From assembly GCA_963751455.1 (NCBI GenBank), contig CAVVUN010000015.1:1600001-1664000 (forward strand): a stretch of 64,000 bases of DNA. The letters run 5' to 3'. The notes under the pieces were generated by a model. It saw only the letters and a list, made by a program, of their open reading frames with translations. It made no database searches and was not told where the DNA came from. The stretch comes from Nitrospirota bacterium. GTDB lineage: Bacteria > Nitrospirota > UBA9217. Below, one piece after another: positions 1-11,767 of the stretch. Position 1 is the first letter of the stretch; every line of letters starts with the position of its first letter. The translations under genes and the position numbers were made by a program.

Positions 1-1900
1 GCATATCAAAAGAGAAGCTTGTCGGGAAGACCGTTCTCGACATCACGCCCAAAGAGTTTGGCAGATAAATATCATGACATGGACAGGGACCTCATCGAAC
101 ACCCGGGTGTTCAAATCTACGAATATTCAGTCAAGCACGCTGACGGCTCTTTCCGCGACGTCATCTTCAACAAGGCGACATTTGCCGATGTCGAGGGAAA
201 GGTGGGCGGGCTGATCGGCGCAATGCATGATATCACGGAACGGAAAAAGATCGAAGCGGCTTCCAGGAGGGCCGAACTGGTTATTAAGCGGAACTACGAC
301 ACCCAGACCGCCATCAACTGGATCCTGCACATCTCCCTCGAAAATCTTACTCTTGACGGCATCTTGAAGCAGGCGCTCGATATCATCCTCTCGATTCCCT
401 GGTTGTCGATAGAATCGAAGGGTGCAATCTTCCTTGTTGAGGATTACCCGGAAATACTGGTCATGAAAACACAGAGGGGGCTCTCGGAACATCTGCATGA
501 CCAATGCAAAATCGTCCCGTTCGGCAAGTGTCTCTGCGGAAGGGCAGCCGCCCGGGGAGACGTTCAGTTTGCGGACCGCCTTGACGATCGTCACGAAGTC
601 AGCTACGACGGGGCTATAGGGCACGGTCATTACTGCGATCCCGATCATGGATGCGCAGCGCGTGCTCGGTGTCATCAATATGTATTTAAAGGAAGGACAC
701 CGGCGGGACGATAAGGAAATCGAGTTTCTGAACGCAATGGCGAGCGCTTTGGCCGGGGTCATCCAGCGGAAACGGACCGAGGAGGAGCGTGAAAAGCTGA
801 TCATAGAGCTTCAGACCGTTCTGAACATCGTATCCCACTCCCAGCAGGAATGGCGGAACACCTTCGACAGCATCACGGACATGATCGCCATCCTGGACAA
901 GGAATTCACCATAGTGAAAGCGAACAAAGCCTTCGCGGCGTATTTCGGCCTGCAGCCGCAGGAGGTCATCAAAAGAAAGTGTTATGAGCTTATGCACGAG
1001 GGCAGTTCCCCAATCCCGAATTGTCCTCACCACACAACGTTAACCCAAAAAATAGCGGCCGCAGAGGAGTTTCTCGACAAAAGGACCAACAGACTGTTCC
1101 GCGTTTTTACGTTTCCCTACCATTCCCCGGAAGGCGAGATCATCGGGTCTATTCACATCTCCCGCGACATAACCGAAGATAAGGAAAAGGAAACCCGCCT
1201 TATCATGAGCGAACGGCTTGCGGCGCTTGGCCAAATGGCCTCAGGCATCGCCCATGAGATCAACAATCCTCTTGCCTCTATTGCCGGATGCTCGGAAGGG
1301 CTCATGACAAGGGCCAGAAAGGGGAACTGGGACGCTAAACTGTTTGAATCCTACCTCGGCATTATCCAGGAAGAGGTCTTCAGATGCAAAAGCATCACTA
1401 CTGCAATATTGTCCTTTGTCAGGAAAAGCAGCTATGAAAAAAAAGAAGTTTCGCTGAATGGACTTCTCGACAAGACGCTCGAGATCATCGGATTTCAGGG
1501 GAGGCTCAAAGACATAGAGATACAACGGCGCTACCAGCCCGAAGGGCCTGTTATTCGAGGCAATGAAGGCGAACTCAGGCAGGTTTTCCTTGCAGTCATA
1601 ACCAATGCGCTGGACGCAATGTACGACAAGGGCTGCCTTGTTCTTGAAACCGCCGCACAAGAGGAGTCATCCGTAATTCGCATCAGCGACACAGGTTCCG
1701 GAATATCACCGGAGAACATGCTCAAAATTTTCGATCCATTCTATACGACCAAGGCAGAGAGGGGCGGGACCGGTCTTGGCCTCTCCATTGCGCGCAAGAT
1801 AGTTGCGAACCACAACGGCACCATCCAGGCAGTTTCCGACCCAGGGCAAGGCACTACCATAACCATAACCCTTCCATCCTCATTCACTCCTGAATTATAG
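1..1900 (+). CDS. PAS/GAF sensor histidine kinase, 5'-truncated by the window, with two apparent 1-bp insertions (~58, ~637)
   Basis: Joining frames gives PAS (KTVLDITPKE..ADKY..DVIFNKATF), GAF (CLCGRAA..HGHYC-IPI..VLGVINMYL), a second PAS, H-box GIAHEINNPL and HATPase N/G boxes (NALDA, DTGSGI, GTGLGL). Confidence 0.85.
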
Positions 1901-2024
1901 CCAAAGCAGTTAAAAAAGCATTTACGTCCGGCATTTTATGAGCACCTGCTTATCGGGCATCCCGCCCGATACAACAAGGCAGCCTGCCTTATTTCCTTTC
2001 AAATTTTATTTAAAATCCCTAAAA

Positions 2025-2057
2025 AATCAATCCCTTGCAGCGGGCATACTACTTGCT
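2025..2057 (+). promoter_or_regulatory. Putative IHF site plus sigma54 (-24/-12) promoter of the chemosensory operon
   Basis: AATCAATCCCTTG (2025-2037) matches IHF consensus WATCAANNNNTTR after an AT-rich tract; GGGCATACTACTTGCT (2042-2057) has GG-N10-GC with TTGC. Confidence 0.6.
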
Positions 2058-2142
2058 CTCTATGACAAGAAAGCACTATTATATCCCGGCGCTATTGCTG
2101 CTTGATGTCATAGAAAGCAAGACAAGTTCAGGAGGGAATAAC

Positions 2143-2619
2143 ATGGGAATAAATTGCTGGGAATTCAAGAAATGCGGCAGGGAACCGGGCGGCAAAAAAG
2201 CAGCGGAACTCGGTGTCTGCCCTGCGACTACGTACACAAAATTGAACGGCGTCCATGGCGGCAAGAACGCGGGCCGCGCCTGCTGGGTCGTGGCCGGTTC
2301 GCTCTGCGGCGGGAAGATACAGGGGACCTATGCTCAGAAGCTGAACAACTGCTGGAGGTGCGAATTCATGAATGCCGTAAAAAAAGAAGAGGAACCTGCA
2401 CCGTGGGGTTTTTGTCATACTCGCCTCGGCATGGACAGGACTCTTGAAAAGATAAAGGACAAAAAGGCGGCGACCGATCAACCTGCGGCTGCACTGCAGT
2501 CCACAGGGCGGATTAAACCGGTTGGACCGGAAGCAAAATATCAAGGAGGAAAGAAATGGCTAAGAACCTTCAGCTGGTTGTGTTCAATATCGGCAAAGAA
2601 CTCTACGGTGTCGGCATAG
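2143..2619 (+). CDS. Small Cys-rich two-CW domain protein; true stop may be TAA at 2514-2516 if there is an indel near 2508
   Basis: RBS GGAGG then ATG 2143; NCWEFKKCGRE..GVCPA..GRACW..GSLC..CWRCEF; the annotated end overlaps cheW by 64 bp. Confidence 0.7.
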   Translation: MGINCWEFKKCGREPGGKKAAELGVCPATTYTKLNGVHGGKNAGRACWVVAGSLCGGKIQGTYAQKLNNCWRCEFMNAVKKEEEPAPWGFCHTRLGMDRTLEKIKDKKAATDQPAAALQSTGRIKPVGPEAKYQGGKKWLRTFSWLCSISAKNSTVSA

Positions 2620-3038
2620 AATCCGTGCACGAGATCGTAAAAGTGCCCGATATCACGCAGGTGCCCGATGCGCCCCGTTTTCTTGAGGGTGTGATCAACT
2701 TGAGGGGCAAGATAATTCCGGTAGTGGACCTCAGAAAGAGGCTCAATCTGCAGGGGAAGGAAAGGAACAAATCGTCCAGGGTTCTCATTACAGAGAACGA
2801 GGGGCGCCTTATCGGGCTGCTCGTTGACGCGGTATCCGAGGTCCTCAAACTGCATCCTGATGCTATCGAGGCCCCTCCTGAAATGGTTTCCGCAATCGGC
2901 GTCGAGTACATAACGGGTGTGGCGAAGGTCGGGGAACGGCTGGTTATCCTTCTTACCCTTCAGAAAGTGCTGAATCTCGACGACATGAAAAAAGTCGTGA
3001 AAGTGATTGAAAAATCAGCCGGTTCTCAGGCTGCATAG
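2556..3038 (+). CDS. cheW: Chemotaxis adaptor CheW
   Basis: QLVVF..YGV.IESVHEI..ITQVPDAP..GVINLRGKIIPVVDL..GLLVDAVSEV; RBS AGGAG. Confidence 0.95.
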   Translation: MAKNLQLVVFNIGKELYGVGIESVHEIVKVPDITQVPDAPRFLEGVINLRGKIIPVVDLRKRLNLQGKERNKSSRVLITENEGRLIGLLVDAVSEVLKLHPDAIEAPPEMVSAIGVEYITGVAKVGERLVILLTLQKVLNLDDMKKVVKVIEKSAGSQAA

Positions 3039-3068
3039 AATTCTAAATAAAGGCAAGGAGACCGAATA

Positions 3069-5300
3069 ATGAAGTGGACTATCGGGAAAAAATTGACTGC
3101 CGGCTTCATGAGTCTTGTCCTGTTGCTCATCATCGTCAGCGTCGTGGCATACGCCAACATGACAAGCATGGCCAGAAGTTCCGAATTTATATCATCGGCT
3201 GCGGAGATCAAGAACAGCTGTACTGCCCTCGCGAGGGATTTTATACGCCAGCAGGATGGTTATACCGACTATTCACTCACGAGAGAGTCCGAGGTAAAAA
3301 AAGAGATCGCTGAAGACGGCGAGCTGGTGAGAAAGGACATCGAAATACTGAAGGTGCTCCTTGCGGGCAAGGAAACCGGCGTCTCGAATGACGACATTCT
3401 GAAAATTCATGAACAATTCGAGACTACCGGCGAAATGATGGCATCCCTCTATATCCAGGGCAAGCAGGCGGAGGGGAATGCCGCAATGGAAAAGTTCGAC
3501 GGCGTCATTTCCAAGATCGAAAAACAGATGGCAAAACTGGAAGACTTTGCTAATAGAAACAGCGCCGATGCTGTAAAAGCGGCTGCTGATTCGAAAAGAA
3601 CGGCCAATATACTGATCATCGGCATTTCGTTGCTGTCAGTCATGATCGCGATTATTCTGGGGCTCTTCCTGTCGCGGTCGATAGCTATCCCCGTGATTGA
3701 AGTAGCGCGCATTGCCGGCAGGATCGCTGAGGGAGACATCGACCAGGATGTCAGGATAGAACGGGATGATGAAATAGGGACCCTGGCCGCATCGTTCAGG
3801 GAAATGATAACTTATCTGAAAGCAATGGCAAACGCGGCCGGCAACATCGCGGAAGGAGACCTGCGCTCCGATGTTAAGCCGAAGTCCGGCAAGGACGTAC
3901 TCGGTAATGCATTTGTTGCGATGTCATTATATCTGAAAGGGATGGCACAAGCGGCGGGTGACATAGCCGAGGGGGACCTGGGGTCCGATGTGACACCGAA
4001 GTCGGAGCGGGACGTTCTCGGGAACGCCTTTAAAAGGATGAACGGATACCTGAAGAGCATGGCAGCAGCGGCAAGCGACATCGCTGAGGGCGACCTCAGG
4101 TCCGAAGTGACGCCCAAATCCGACAGGGACGTTCTTGGAAACGCTTTCCATTCGATGATCCAGTCCTTGAGGAATATTATCGGGGATGTGCGCTCCGGCG
4201 CTAACGATATTGCTTCCGCCTCGGTGCAGGTCGCATCAACGTCGGAACAGGCCGCAAGGAACAATGAAACCGCCGCAACGGGAGTTGAAGAAACGACCTC
4301 GACCATGCACGAGATGTCGGCCAATATCCAGAACGTGGCAAAAAGCTCGCAGAGCCAGGCCTCGTCCGTCACCGAGACGTCCGCTTCCATTGAACAGATG
4401 ACGACATCCATTCAGCGGATTGCCGCGACGGTAAAGCAGTTCGTGGATCTTTCCCAGAAGACGAAAAAGGCCGTGGATCAGGGCTCGAATCCGTAGACCG
4501 CTCCATCAAAGGGACGGACGAGATCAACAAAGCGATCGTGAGCTCCGCGGACACCATAGCAACCCTGGGTTCGCGGGTGGAAGATATCGGCAAAATCGTG
4601 GACGTCATCGACGACATTGCGGAACAGACGAATCTGCTCGCCTTGAATGCGGCAATCGAGGCGGCGCGAGCCGGAGAACAGGGGATGGGTTTTGCAGTGG
4701 TCGCCGAGGAGGTTCGGAAGCTGGCCGAGCGTTCCGCAAAATCAACAAAAGAAATAGCCGATCTGATTTCCGGCATCCAGAAAGAATCGCAGGAGGCCGT
4801 CCGCCTGATGGAAAAATCGACCCAACTGGTGGAAAAGGGAGTGGACCTGAGCAGGGACGTGAAACGATCGCTCAAGGCCATTGAGAACAACGTGGGAGAA
4901 GTCGACAAATACTCGAAAGAGATCGGAGCGGCGACTCAGGAGCAGTCGAGCGGCAGCACGCAGATCGCGAAAGCCACGGAAAGCCTGCGAGAGATCACGC
5001 ATGAGATCACGTCCGCAACAGAAGAGCAGGCGTCGGCAGCGGAACAGATCGTGAAGACGATGGAAAAAATGAGAGAAATGATCCATCAGAATGCGTCGGG
5101 TACCACCGAGCTTGCTTCCTCCGCGGAACAGATGAGGGCACAGGCCGACCGGTTCAAGGAGATCATAGACCGGTTTGTACTGAGCAGACGAGGGCCGGAC
5201 GGCTCGCTCCGTGAAGAAAAAGAGAAGCAGTCGCGCCTGACGACGGCAATGGCAACGGGAAAAAAAAGCCGCCGAACGGCAGCTGGCAGGCGCGGTCTGA
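3069..5300 (+). CDS. Methyl-accepting chemotaxis protein 1 (2 TM, helical periplasmic domain, poly-HAMP); frameshifted near 4481 and in the 3' tail
   Basis: ORFs 3069-4496 and 4538-5488 join at [11 protein letters not shown]; hairpin tip [40 protein letters not shown]; tail reconstructed as ..QLAGAV* (TGA 5298-5300) by similarity to MCP3. Confidence 0.85.
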
Positions 5301-5338
5301 TCGAATGGGGTCGTCCCAGAGGAGAAAAAAAGAGGACT

Positions 5339-7908
5339 ATGAAGGGCAAGGACTTGACGATCAAATCGAGGGTAATCGTGACTGTTATCGCGATTTTCCT
5401 CACGAGCAGCGATCATCATGGGATTCGTAACGTACACAAGCCAGATGAACCAGCTGCAGGAGGCGATCACGGAAAAGGTGAAGAATAATCTCAACCTGCT
5501 CCCGTCTCAGATTCAGGGTGAAGCGGAGGGGCTGTCCCGGGCCTTGTCGGGGTTCATCAGAATGGAGAGCTCTTCTTCAGCCTTTTGCCGAGAGAAACCG
5601 GGACAAGCTGGCGGCAGCGGTAAAACCGATTTTCCAGGATCTGAAAGCGAAGAACAATATCACGCATATGTATTTCATCGAGCCGGACGGTGAGGTCTTC
5701 TTCAGGGGCCACCAGCCGGATCAGCACGGCGACCGGCTTACCCGAACCACGTATAAAAAGGCAGCGGAAACGAACAGAGCTGGCAAGCGGGATCGAGATG
5801 GGGAAGAATTTCTTTTCCCTCAGGGCGGTGCATCCCGTGGTGTATAAAGGAACGCTGATCGGATATCTGGAGCTGGGGCAGGAGATAGATCATATCTTCA
5901 AAGACCTGTCCGCAATAACCGGGGACGACGTGAGCGTATTCCTGACGGATGAATTTCTCAAGAGCAAGTCTGCGGAGCTCAAGGCGGAGCGGGTAGGTGA
6001 CTTTATTCTGCTGGACTCCACGCACAGGGAAACCGGACTCAGGCTTGCGGAAAAAGTGATGCTGGACAAAGGCTTGAAGGAAATGGCCGTCTTTGACGTG
6101 GAGTTGAGGGGGGCACGGTACGCCGTGGGTCTGGGACCCCTGAAGGACGCATCCGGCGCGACGGCCGGAGTTCTCCTGTTCGAGCATGAGGTAGATGCTC
6201 TGTACGCCTCGATCCGGAAAAACATCCTGATCGTGGTCGTGCTGTTCGGCCTGCTTCTCGGCGCCGCCATCGTGGTTTTCTATTTTTCGATCAGGACGAG
6301 CCTTGCCCTGTTCAAGCACGTGTCGGCGAGCGCTCAGAAAATTGCGGATGGCGATCTGGATGTGGACCTCGCGACGGATCGGACGGATGAGATCGGCCAG
6401 CTGGCACTCGCCTTTAAACGCATGATCGATTATCTCAAAGGCATGGCGAAGGTTGCCGGCGCCATCGCCGAAGGAGACCTGCGGGAAACGGTGAAGCCGA
6501 AATCCGAAAAAGACGTGCTCGGGAACGCCATTCAGAACATGAACCTGTATTTAAAAAACATGGCGGACGTTGCAGGCTCCATCGCGGAAGGCGACCTGGC
6601 CTCCGAAGTCAAGCCAAAATCGGGAAAGGACATGCTGGGAAATTCTTTCCATACCATGATTCTTTACGTAAAAGAGATGGCACTTGCGGCAAGTAATATT
6701 GCCGAGGGGGATCTTCGGGCCGATGTAAAGCCGAAATCGGGAAAGGATATACTGGGAAACTCTTTCCAATCCATGTTGGCCGGGCTGCGGGGAATTATCG
6801 CCGATGTGCGCAACGGCGCTGAGGAGATTGCGTCTACCTCCAGCCAGGTGGCCCTGACCTCGCAGCAAGCCGCAAAAAACAATGAGACCGCCGCAACCGG
6901 AGTGGAGGAAACGACATCGACCATGCACGAGATGTCCGCGAACATCCAGAACGTGGCTAAAAACTCCCAGAGCCAGGCGTCATCGGTTGACAGAGACGTC
7001 GGCTTCGGTCGAGCAGATGGTAACGTCGATTCAGCGGATCGCAAACACCGCGAAGCAGTTCGTGGAACTGTCCGAGAGAACAAAGAAGGCTGTGGACATG
7101 GGTCTTGAGGCAGTGGACCGGTCGGTCAAGGGCACGGACGAGATCAACAGCTCGATCATCCGATCTGCGGACACGATCGCTGCCCTGGGGTCCCGGGTTG
7201 AGGACATCGGCAAGATCGTGGACGTGATCGATGAAATTGCGGAACAGACGAATCTTCTTGCCTTGAACGCGGCAATCGAGGCAGCGCGGGCCGGGGAGCA
7301 GGGCATGGGGTTCGCGGTGGTGGCCGAGGAAGTGCAGGAAGCTTGCGGAGCGTTCCGCGAAATCGACAAAGGAGATAGCGGAGCTGATCTCGGGCATCCA
7401 GAAGGAGGCCCAGGAAGCGGTCAAGACCATGGAGAAATCCACGCAGCTCGTTGAGAAGGGCGTTGAAATGAGCAAGCAGGTGGGTGATACACTGAAGGCG
7501 ATCGAGAACAACGTTGTGGAAGTGGACCGGTACTCGAAGGAGATCGGCGCTGCCACGCAGGAGCAGTCAAGCGGAAGCACGCAGATCGCGAAGGCCGCGG
7601 AAAGCCTGAGGGAGATCACGCACGAGATAAGCTCGGCAACGGAGGAGCAGGCCACGGCAGCGGAGCAGATCGTCAGGAACATGGAGAAGATGCGGGAGAT
7701 GATCCACCAGAACGCTTCAGGAACCACGGAGCTGGCGTCGTCAGCGGAACAGCTGCGATCGCAGGCGGACCGGTTCAAGGAAATCGTCGGAAAATTCGTG
7801 CTCGATGAGGATGAGGGCGCCGTGCTCGTTTCTTCTTCGAGGAAAAAAGCGGATCAGAGGCATGGCGACGGAATCGGCAACGGCAGGAAGAAACCAGGAA
7901 TGAACTGA
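5339..7908 (+). CDS. Methyl-accepting chemotaxis protein 2 (Cache-type sensor, poly-HAMP); five apparent indels (~5405, 5567, 5777, 6988, 7335)
   Basis: ORF pieces 5418, 5518, 5690, 6882 and 7429 concatenate to TM-Cache ([40 protein letters not shown])-TM-HAMPs-MCP signalling domain. Confidence 0.85.
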
Positions 7909-8072
7909 CCGGGCTGAGCTGCAGAGAGACCGGCAGTAGTCAAACAGGAGGTGGCGGCATGCCGCGACAAACATAGGGACGGGTGAAAACAGATTGTTCA
8001 TGCAAGTGTATTAAAAATATTTTCGGGCGGTTTGCAAAGCCGCAATATCCATCACTCACTCGGGAGGAAACA

Positions 8073-8984
8073 ATGAAAACGACAAAAAAAGGAAAGTCGC
8101 AGATAACGGTTCCGGCAGCAGCCATTATTCTGAGTATCCTCATTAGCTTCTTTGTATCGTTCTCGACTGCAGCAGCGGAAGAACTGAAATGGGTAGGATG
8201 CGGGATTTCGAAAAAGGCTTTTATGAGTGGTCTTGTGGCAGCCTATGAGAAAAAATCCGGCATTAAGATCAAACTGGAGGGCGGCGGAGCCACCCGCGGC
8301 ATCGTGGATGTGGCTGAAGGAAAGGCAGACATGGGCGGTACCTGCCGGCACGTTCTGCCGAGAGCCGAGGAACGCGGCGTAAAACTGATACCGATGGGCT
8401 GGGACGCTCTGGTCGTGCTGGCGCATCCTTCCAACAGCGTCCGCAATCTGATGCTGGATGAGTTAAAGAATATCTATACAGGTAAGATCACAAACTGGAA
8501 ACAGGTTGGCGGCGCGGACCGCAAAATCATCGTAGTGGCACGGTCAGGCAAGATTTCCGGGGTGGGCCGGACGTTCCGGGAACTCGTTTTTAAAAATCCG
8601 GAACAGGAGTTTACCGCCGATGCGAAAATAGTGGAAGAATCAGCCGGAGTCGAACAGGTGGTTGAAAAAGAAGCGGGGGCCATTGCGGTAAGCGGCGTAA
8701 GCAGCGCGCAAAAAAGAGAAGTCAAAATGGTTCAGGTCAACGGAAAAGCGCCGACTCATGAGAACATCAAGGATGGATCGTACCTTCTGTACCGGCCTCT
8801 GTACCTCGTAACGAAGCAGCAGGCTACGGCTGAAGTCGGCAAGTTCGTGGCATTTGCGCTGAGTGAAGAGGGGCAGGCCGTCATCTCAGGAGAAGGAACC
8901 GTGAATTTGAAGGAAGGGGCCCGTCTGTGGGCGCTCTACAGCCAGCAGATGAAAGAAGCAGGTGTAACTCCCGGGAGCTTCTGA
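8073..8984 (+). CDS. PstS-fold periplasmic substrate-binding protein
   Basis: RBS GGAGG, signal peptide (TAAA-EE), GGGATRGI..ADMGGTCR, WDALVVLAHPSN, IYTGKITNWKQVGG, YLLYRPLYLVT. Confidence 0.85.
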   Translation: MKTTKKGKSQITVPAAAIILSILISFFVSFSTAAAEELKWVGCGISKKAFMSGLVAAYEKKSGIKIKLEGGGATRGIVDVAEGKADMGGTCRHVLPRAEERGVKLIPMGWDALVVLAHPSNSVRNLMLDELKNIYTGKITNWKQVGGADRKIIVVARSGKISGVGRTFRELVFKNPEQEFTADAKIVEESAGVEQVVEKEAGAIAVSGVSSAQKREVKMVQVNGKAPTHENIKDGSYLLYRPLYLVTKQQATAEVGKFVAFALSEEGQAVISGEGTVNLKEGARLWALYSQQMKEAGVTPGSF

Positions 8985-9050
8985 GCCGGCGGGAGAAATA
9001 GAATAAGCCGGCCGCACCTTGCAGCGAACTTTACGAATAAGGAGTATGTG

Positions 9051-10934
9051 ATGAGCGCTATAACCTTCATGAATAACTGGAAGCTGACAAAAAAAATTAT
9101 ATTCACCCTCATGGTGGCGCTTGCCTTCGTGTTCACGGTCCTGACCATCATCCTGAGCCTTCATCAGAAGCAGGTCCTGATGCATGAACTCGATAAAAAG
9201 GGCGTGAGTCTTGCCAAATTTGTGGCGGACATATCAGCAGAGCCGATCTTGACGTACAATTTTACGTACCTTGAGAACTACGTAAAAAACATATCGGAAG
9301 GGGACAAGGACATTGTGTATGCAGTGGTTCTCGGAAAGGACGGAAACCCGCTAACGCATCATTTCGACGGCGTCCAGGAGAAAAAGGACGTAAGCGAGTT
9401 CATGAGCCCTGTCATGCAGAATTCTGAAAAAATCGGTTCCGTAAAAATCGGATTCAGCACGTCTTCCATCAGCAGGGCCCTTTTCGGTTCGCAGCTGATC
9501 ATAGGCGCACTCTGCGTGGGCACCCTGATCGTCATCTCCCTCGCGATGCTGGTCATGTTCCGGGTCCTTGCGCTCAACCCGATTGAAGAACTGAAAGCGG
9601 TTGTGGAAACGGCCGCATCAGGAGACCTCACCGTGAAAGTAGATGTGAAGAGCAGGGACGAAATAGGCGACCTTGGTTTTCGCGTCAACCAGATGATCGG
9701 TTCCCTGGCAGATTTGATCGGGCAGGTAAAGTCTTCCTCGAAAAGCATCATGGAAGCTTCCGACCGGATTGCGGCAACATCCGAAAACATCACTGTTTCA
9801 GCCGACCAAACCGCGTCGACGTCGGAACAGGCTGCGAAGAACAACGAATCGGCTGCATCTGCTGTTGAAGAGACGTCGGCCACGATGCACGAGATGTCCG
9901 CAAACATCCAGAATGTCGCCCGGAACGCCCAGAATCAGTCATCCGTTGTCGCGGATACCTCGGGCTCGATCGAGCAGATGGTTGCGTCGATCAAGACTGT
10001 GGCGGGCACGGTCCAGGATCTCGTCGACCTGTCCCAGAAAGCACGGAAAGCCGTGACGATCGGGCTTGAATCGGTCGACAAATCAATCAAGGGAACCGAC
10101 GAGATCAGCAAGACTATCGTCATGTCCGCTGAGACCATAGCGGCCCTCGGATTGCGCGTTGAGGACATCGGAAAGATTGTGGACGTTATCGATGAGATCG
10201 CCGAACAGACGAACCTGCTGGCGCTGAACGCGGCCATTGAAGCTGCGCGCGCCGGGGAACAGGGAATGGGTTTTGCCGTCGTTGCCGAGGAGGTGCGGAA
10301 GCTCGCAGAGCGCTCTGCGCGGTCCACCCGGGAAATCGGCGACCTGATCTCCGGCATCCAGAAAGAGTCACAGGGCGCGATAAAGGTCATGGAAAAGTCT
10401 ACCCTGCTCGTTGAAAAGGGCGTGGAGATGAACAGGCAGGTGGGCGATGCGCTCAAGGGAATAGAAGTGAATGTCGCGGAGGTCGATAAATTCTCCAAGG
10501 AAATAGGCGGAGCGACCCAGGAACAGTCGGCGGGGAGCACCCAGATCGCGAAGGCCGCTGAAAACCTGCGGGAGATCACCCACGAGATAACCTCGGCAAC
10601 AGAGGAACAGGCCTCTGCGGCCGAACAGATCGTAAACACCATGGAAAAGATGAGGGCGACTTTGCATCAAAACGCGGCGCAGACGCTTGAACTTGCAAAA
10701 TCCGCAGAGCAACTGCGTTCCCAGGGAGCTTCGGAGCTTGCCGAGTCAGTGGGGCAGCTTCGATCACAGGCCGAGTATTTCAAGGACATTGTCGGAAAAT
10801 TCATTATTGACGATGAGACGGCTTCTCCGGTTTCCTCTGCAAAAAAAGCGGAGTCCCTGTATAGCGACGGCAACGGCAAAGGCAACGGGAACGGCAGAAA
10901 GGGACTGAGGCGGGAACTGGCGGGGAGAGTGTAA
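9051..10934 (+). CDS. Methyl-accepting chemotaxis protein 3 (short periplasmic domain, single HAMP)
   Basis: Two TM segments, HAMP ([18 protein letters not shown]), intact MCP signalling domain paralogous to MCP1 and MCP2. Confidence 0.93.
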   Translation: MSAITFMNNWKLTKKIIFTLMVALAFVFTVLTIILSLHQKQVLMHELDKKGVSLAKFVADISAEPILTYNFTYLENYVKNISEGDKDIVYAVVLGKDGNPLTHHFDGVQEKKDVSEFMSPVMQNSEKIGSVKIGFSTSSISRALFGSQLIIGALCVGTLIVISLAMLVMFRVLALNPIEELKAVVETAASGDLTVKVDVKSRDEIGDLGFRVNQMIGSLADLIGQVKSSSKSIMEASDRIAATSENITVSADQTASTSEQAAKNNESAASAVEETSATMHEMSANIQNVARNAQNQSSVVADTSGSIEQMVASIKTVAGTVQDLVDLSQKARKAVTIGLESVDKSIKGTDEISKTIVMSAETIAALGLRVEDIGKIVDVIDEIAEQTNLLALNAAIEAARAGEQGMGFAVVAEEVRKLAERSARSTREIGDLISGIQKESQGAIKVMEKSTLLVEKGVEMNRQVGDALKGIEVNVAEVDKFSKEIGGATQEQSAGSTQIAKAAENLREITHEITSATEEQASAAEQIVNTMEKMRATLHQNAAQTLELAKSAEQLRSQGASELAESVGQLRSQAEYFKDIVGKFIIDDETASPVSSAKKAESLYSDGNGKGNGNGRKGLRRELAGRV

Positions 10935-11767
10935 TGCTGACGAACGAGGAATTCAGGCTTTTCCGGAACCTGGTGTACGACGAGTCCGGCATATACCTTG
11001 CTGAGAACAAAAAGGATTTTCTCGAACACCGGTTGATGGGAAGAATGAAGGCGACCAACAAGACGACGCCGTACTGGTATTACCGGTTTCTTCTTGAGAA
11101 CAGGAAAGCCGAACTCCTCCTTCTTCTCGACTACCTTACCGTCAACGAGACGCAGTTCTTCAGAAACATGCCCCAGTTCGACCTTTTCAGGAATGTTATC
11201 CTTCCCGACATAACGGCCCGCAAAAAGAAGGAGGGCAAGAGAACGCTCAGGATATGGTCGGCAGGATGCTCGACGGGTGAAGAAGCATATTCGATCGCCA
11301 TGTGTGTCCTGGACTTCGTGGAAAACATCACGACGTGGGACATCAAGGTCCTGGCATCCGATTTGAGCCTTCACGCACTTGAAGTCGCTCATCGCTGCAT
11401 CTACCCTGAAGAGAAGGTGAGGGAGAGCGTGCCCCCTCCCGTCATATCGAAATATTTTGAACGCCAGACGGAAGCATACCGGGTGCGCGAGCTTGTCAGA
11501 AACCTTGTCGTATTCGATTACCACAACCTGAAGCATGAGAACGGCATGAGCGGGCTGGACGTCGTTTTCTGCAGGAACGTGATGATCTACTTCGACGAGG
11601 AGGAACAGAAGAGGCTCGCAAAAAAATTTTACATCTCCCTTTCACCGGGCGGATATCTGCTGATAGGGCATGCCGAAAGCCTGCATGGCTGGAACCTGGA
11701 CTTTCAATTTATCCATGACAACAAAGGAACCGCATATAAAAAAATCGACCGGGGGGCGACATTATGA
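10934..11767 (+). CDS. cheR: Chemotaxis methyltransferase CheR
   Basis: LTVNETQFFR, IWSAGCSTGEEAYS, DVVFCRNVMIYFD, GHAES. Confidence 0.96.
   Translation: MLTNEEFRLFRNLVYDESGIYLAENKKDFLEHRLMGRMKATNKTTPYWYYRFLLENRKAELLLLLDYLTVNETQFFRNMPQFDLFRNVILPDITARKKKEGKRTLRIWSAGCSTGEEAYSIAMCVLDFVENITTWDIKVLASDLSLHALEVAHRCIYPEEKVRESVPPPVISKYFERQTEAYRVRELVRNLVVFDYHNLKHENGMSGLDVVFCRNVMIYFDEEEQKRLAKKFYISLSPGGYLLIGHAESLHGWNLDFQFIHDNKGTAYKKIDRGATL

Noticed and set aside
1-7400. About ten frameshifts in the kinase, MCP1 and MCP2, considered as pseudogenisation or programmed frameshifting
   Set aside because: They are isolated single-base indels with no slippery motifs and no in-frame stops, and they cluster at one end of the window. 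Read or assembly error is more likely.
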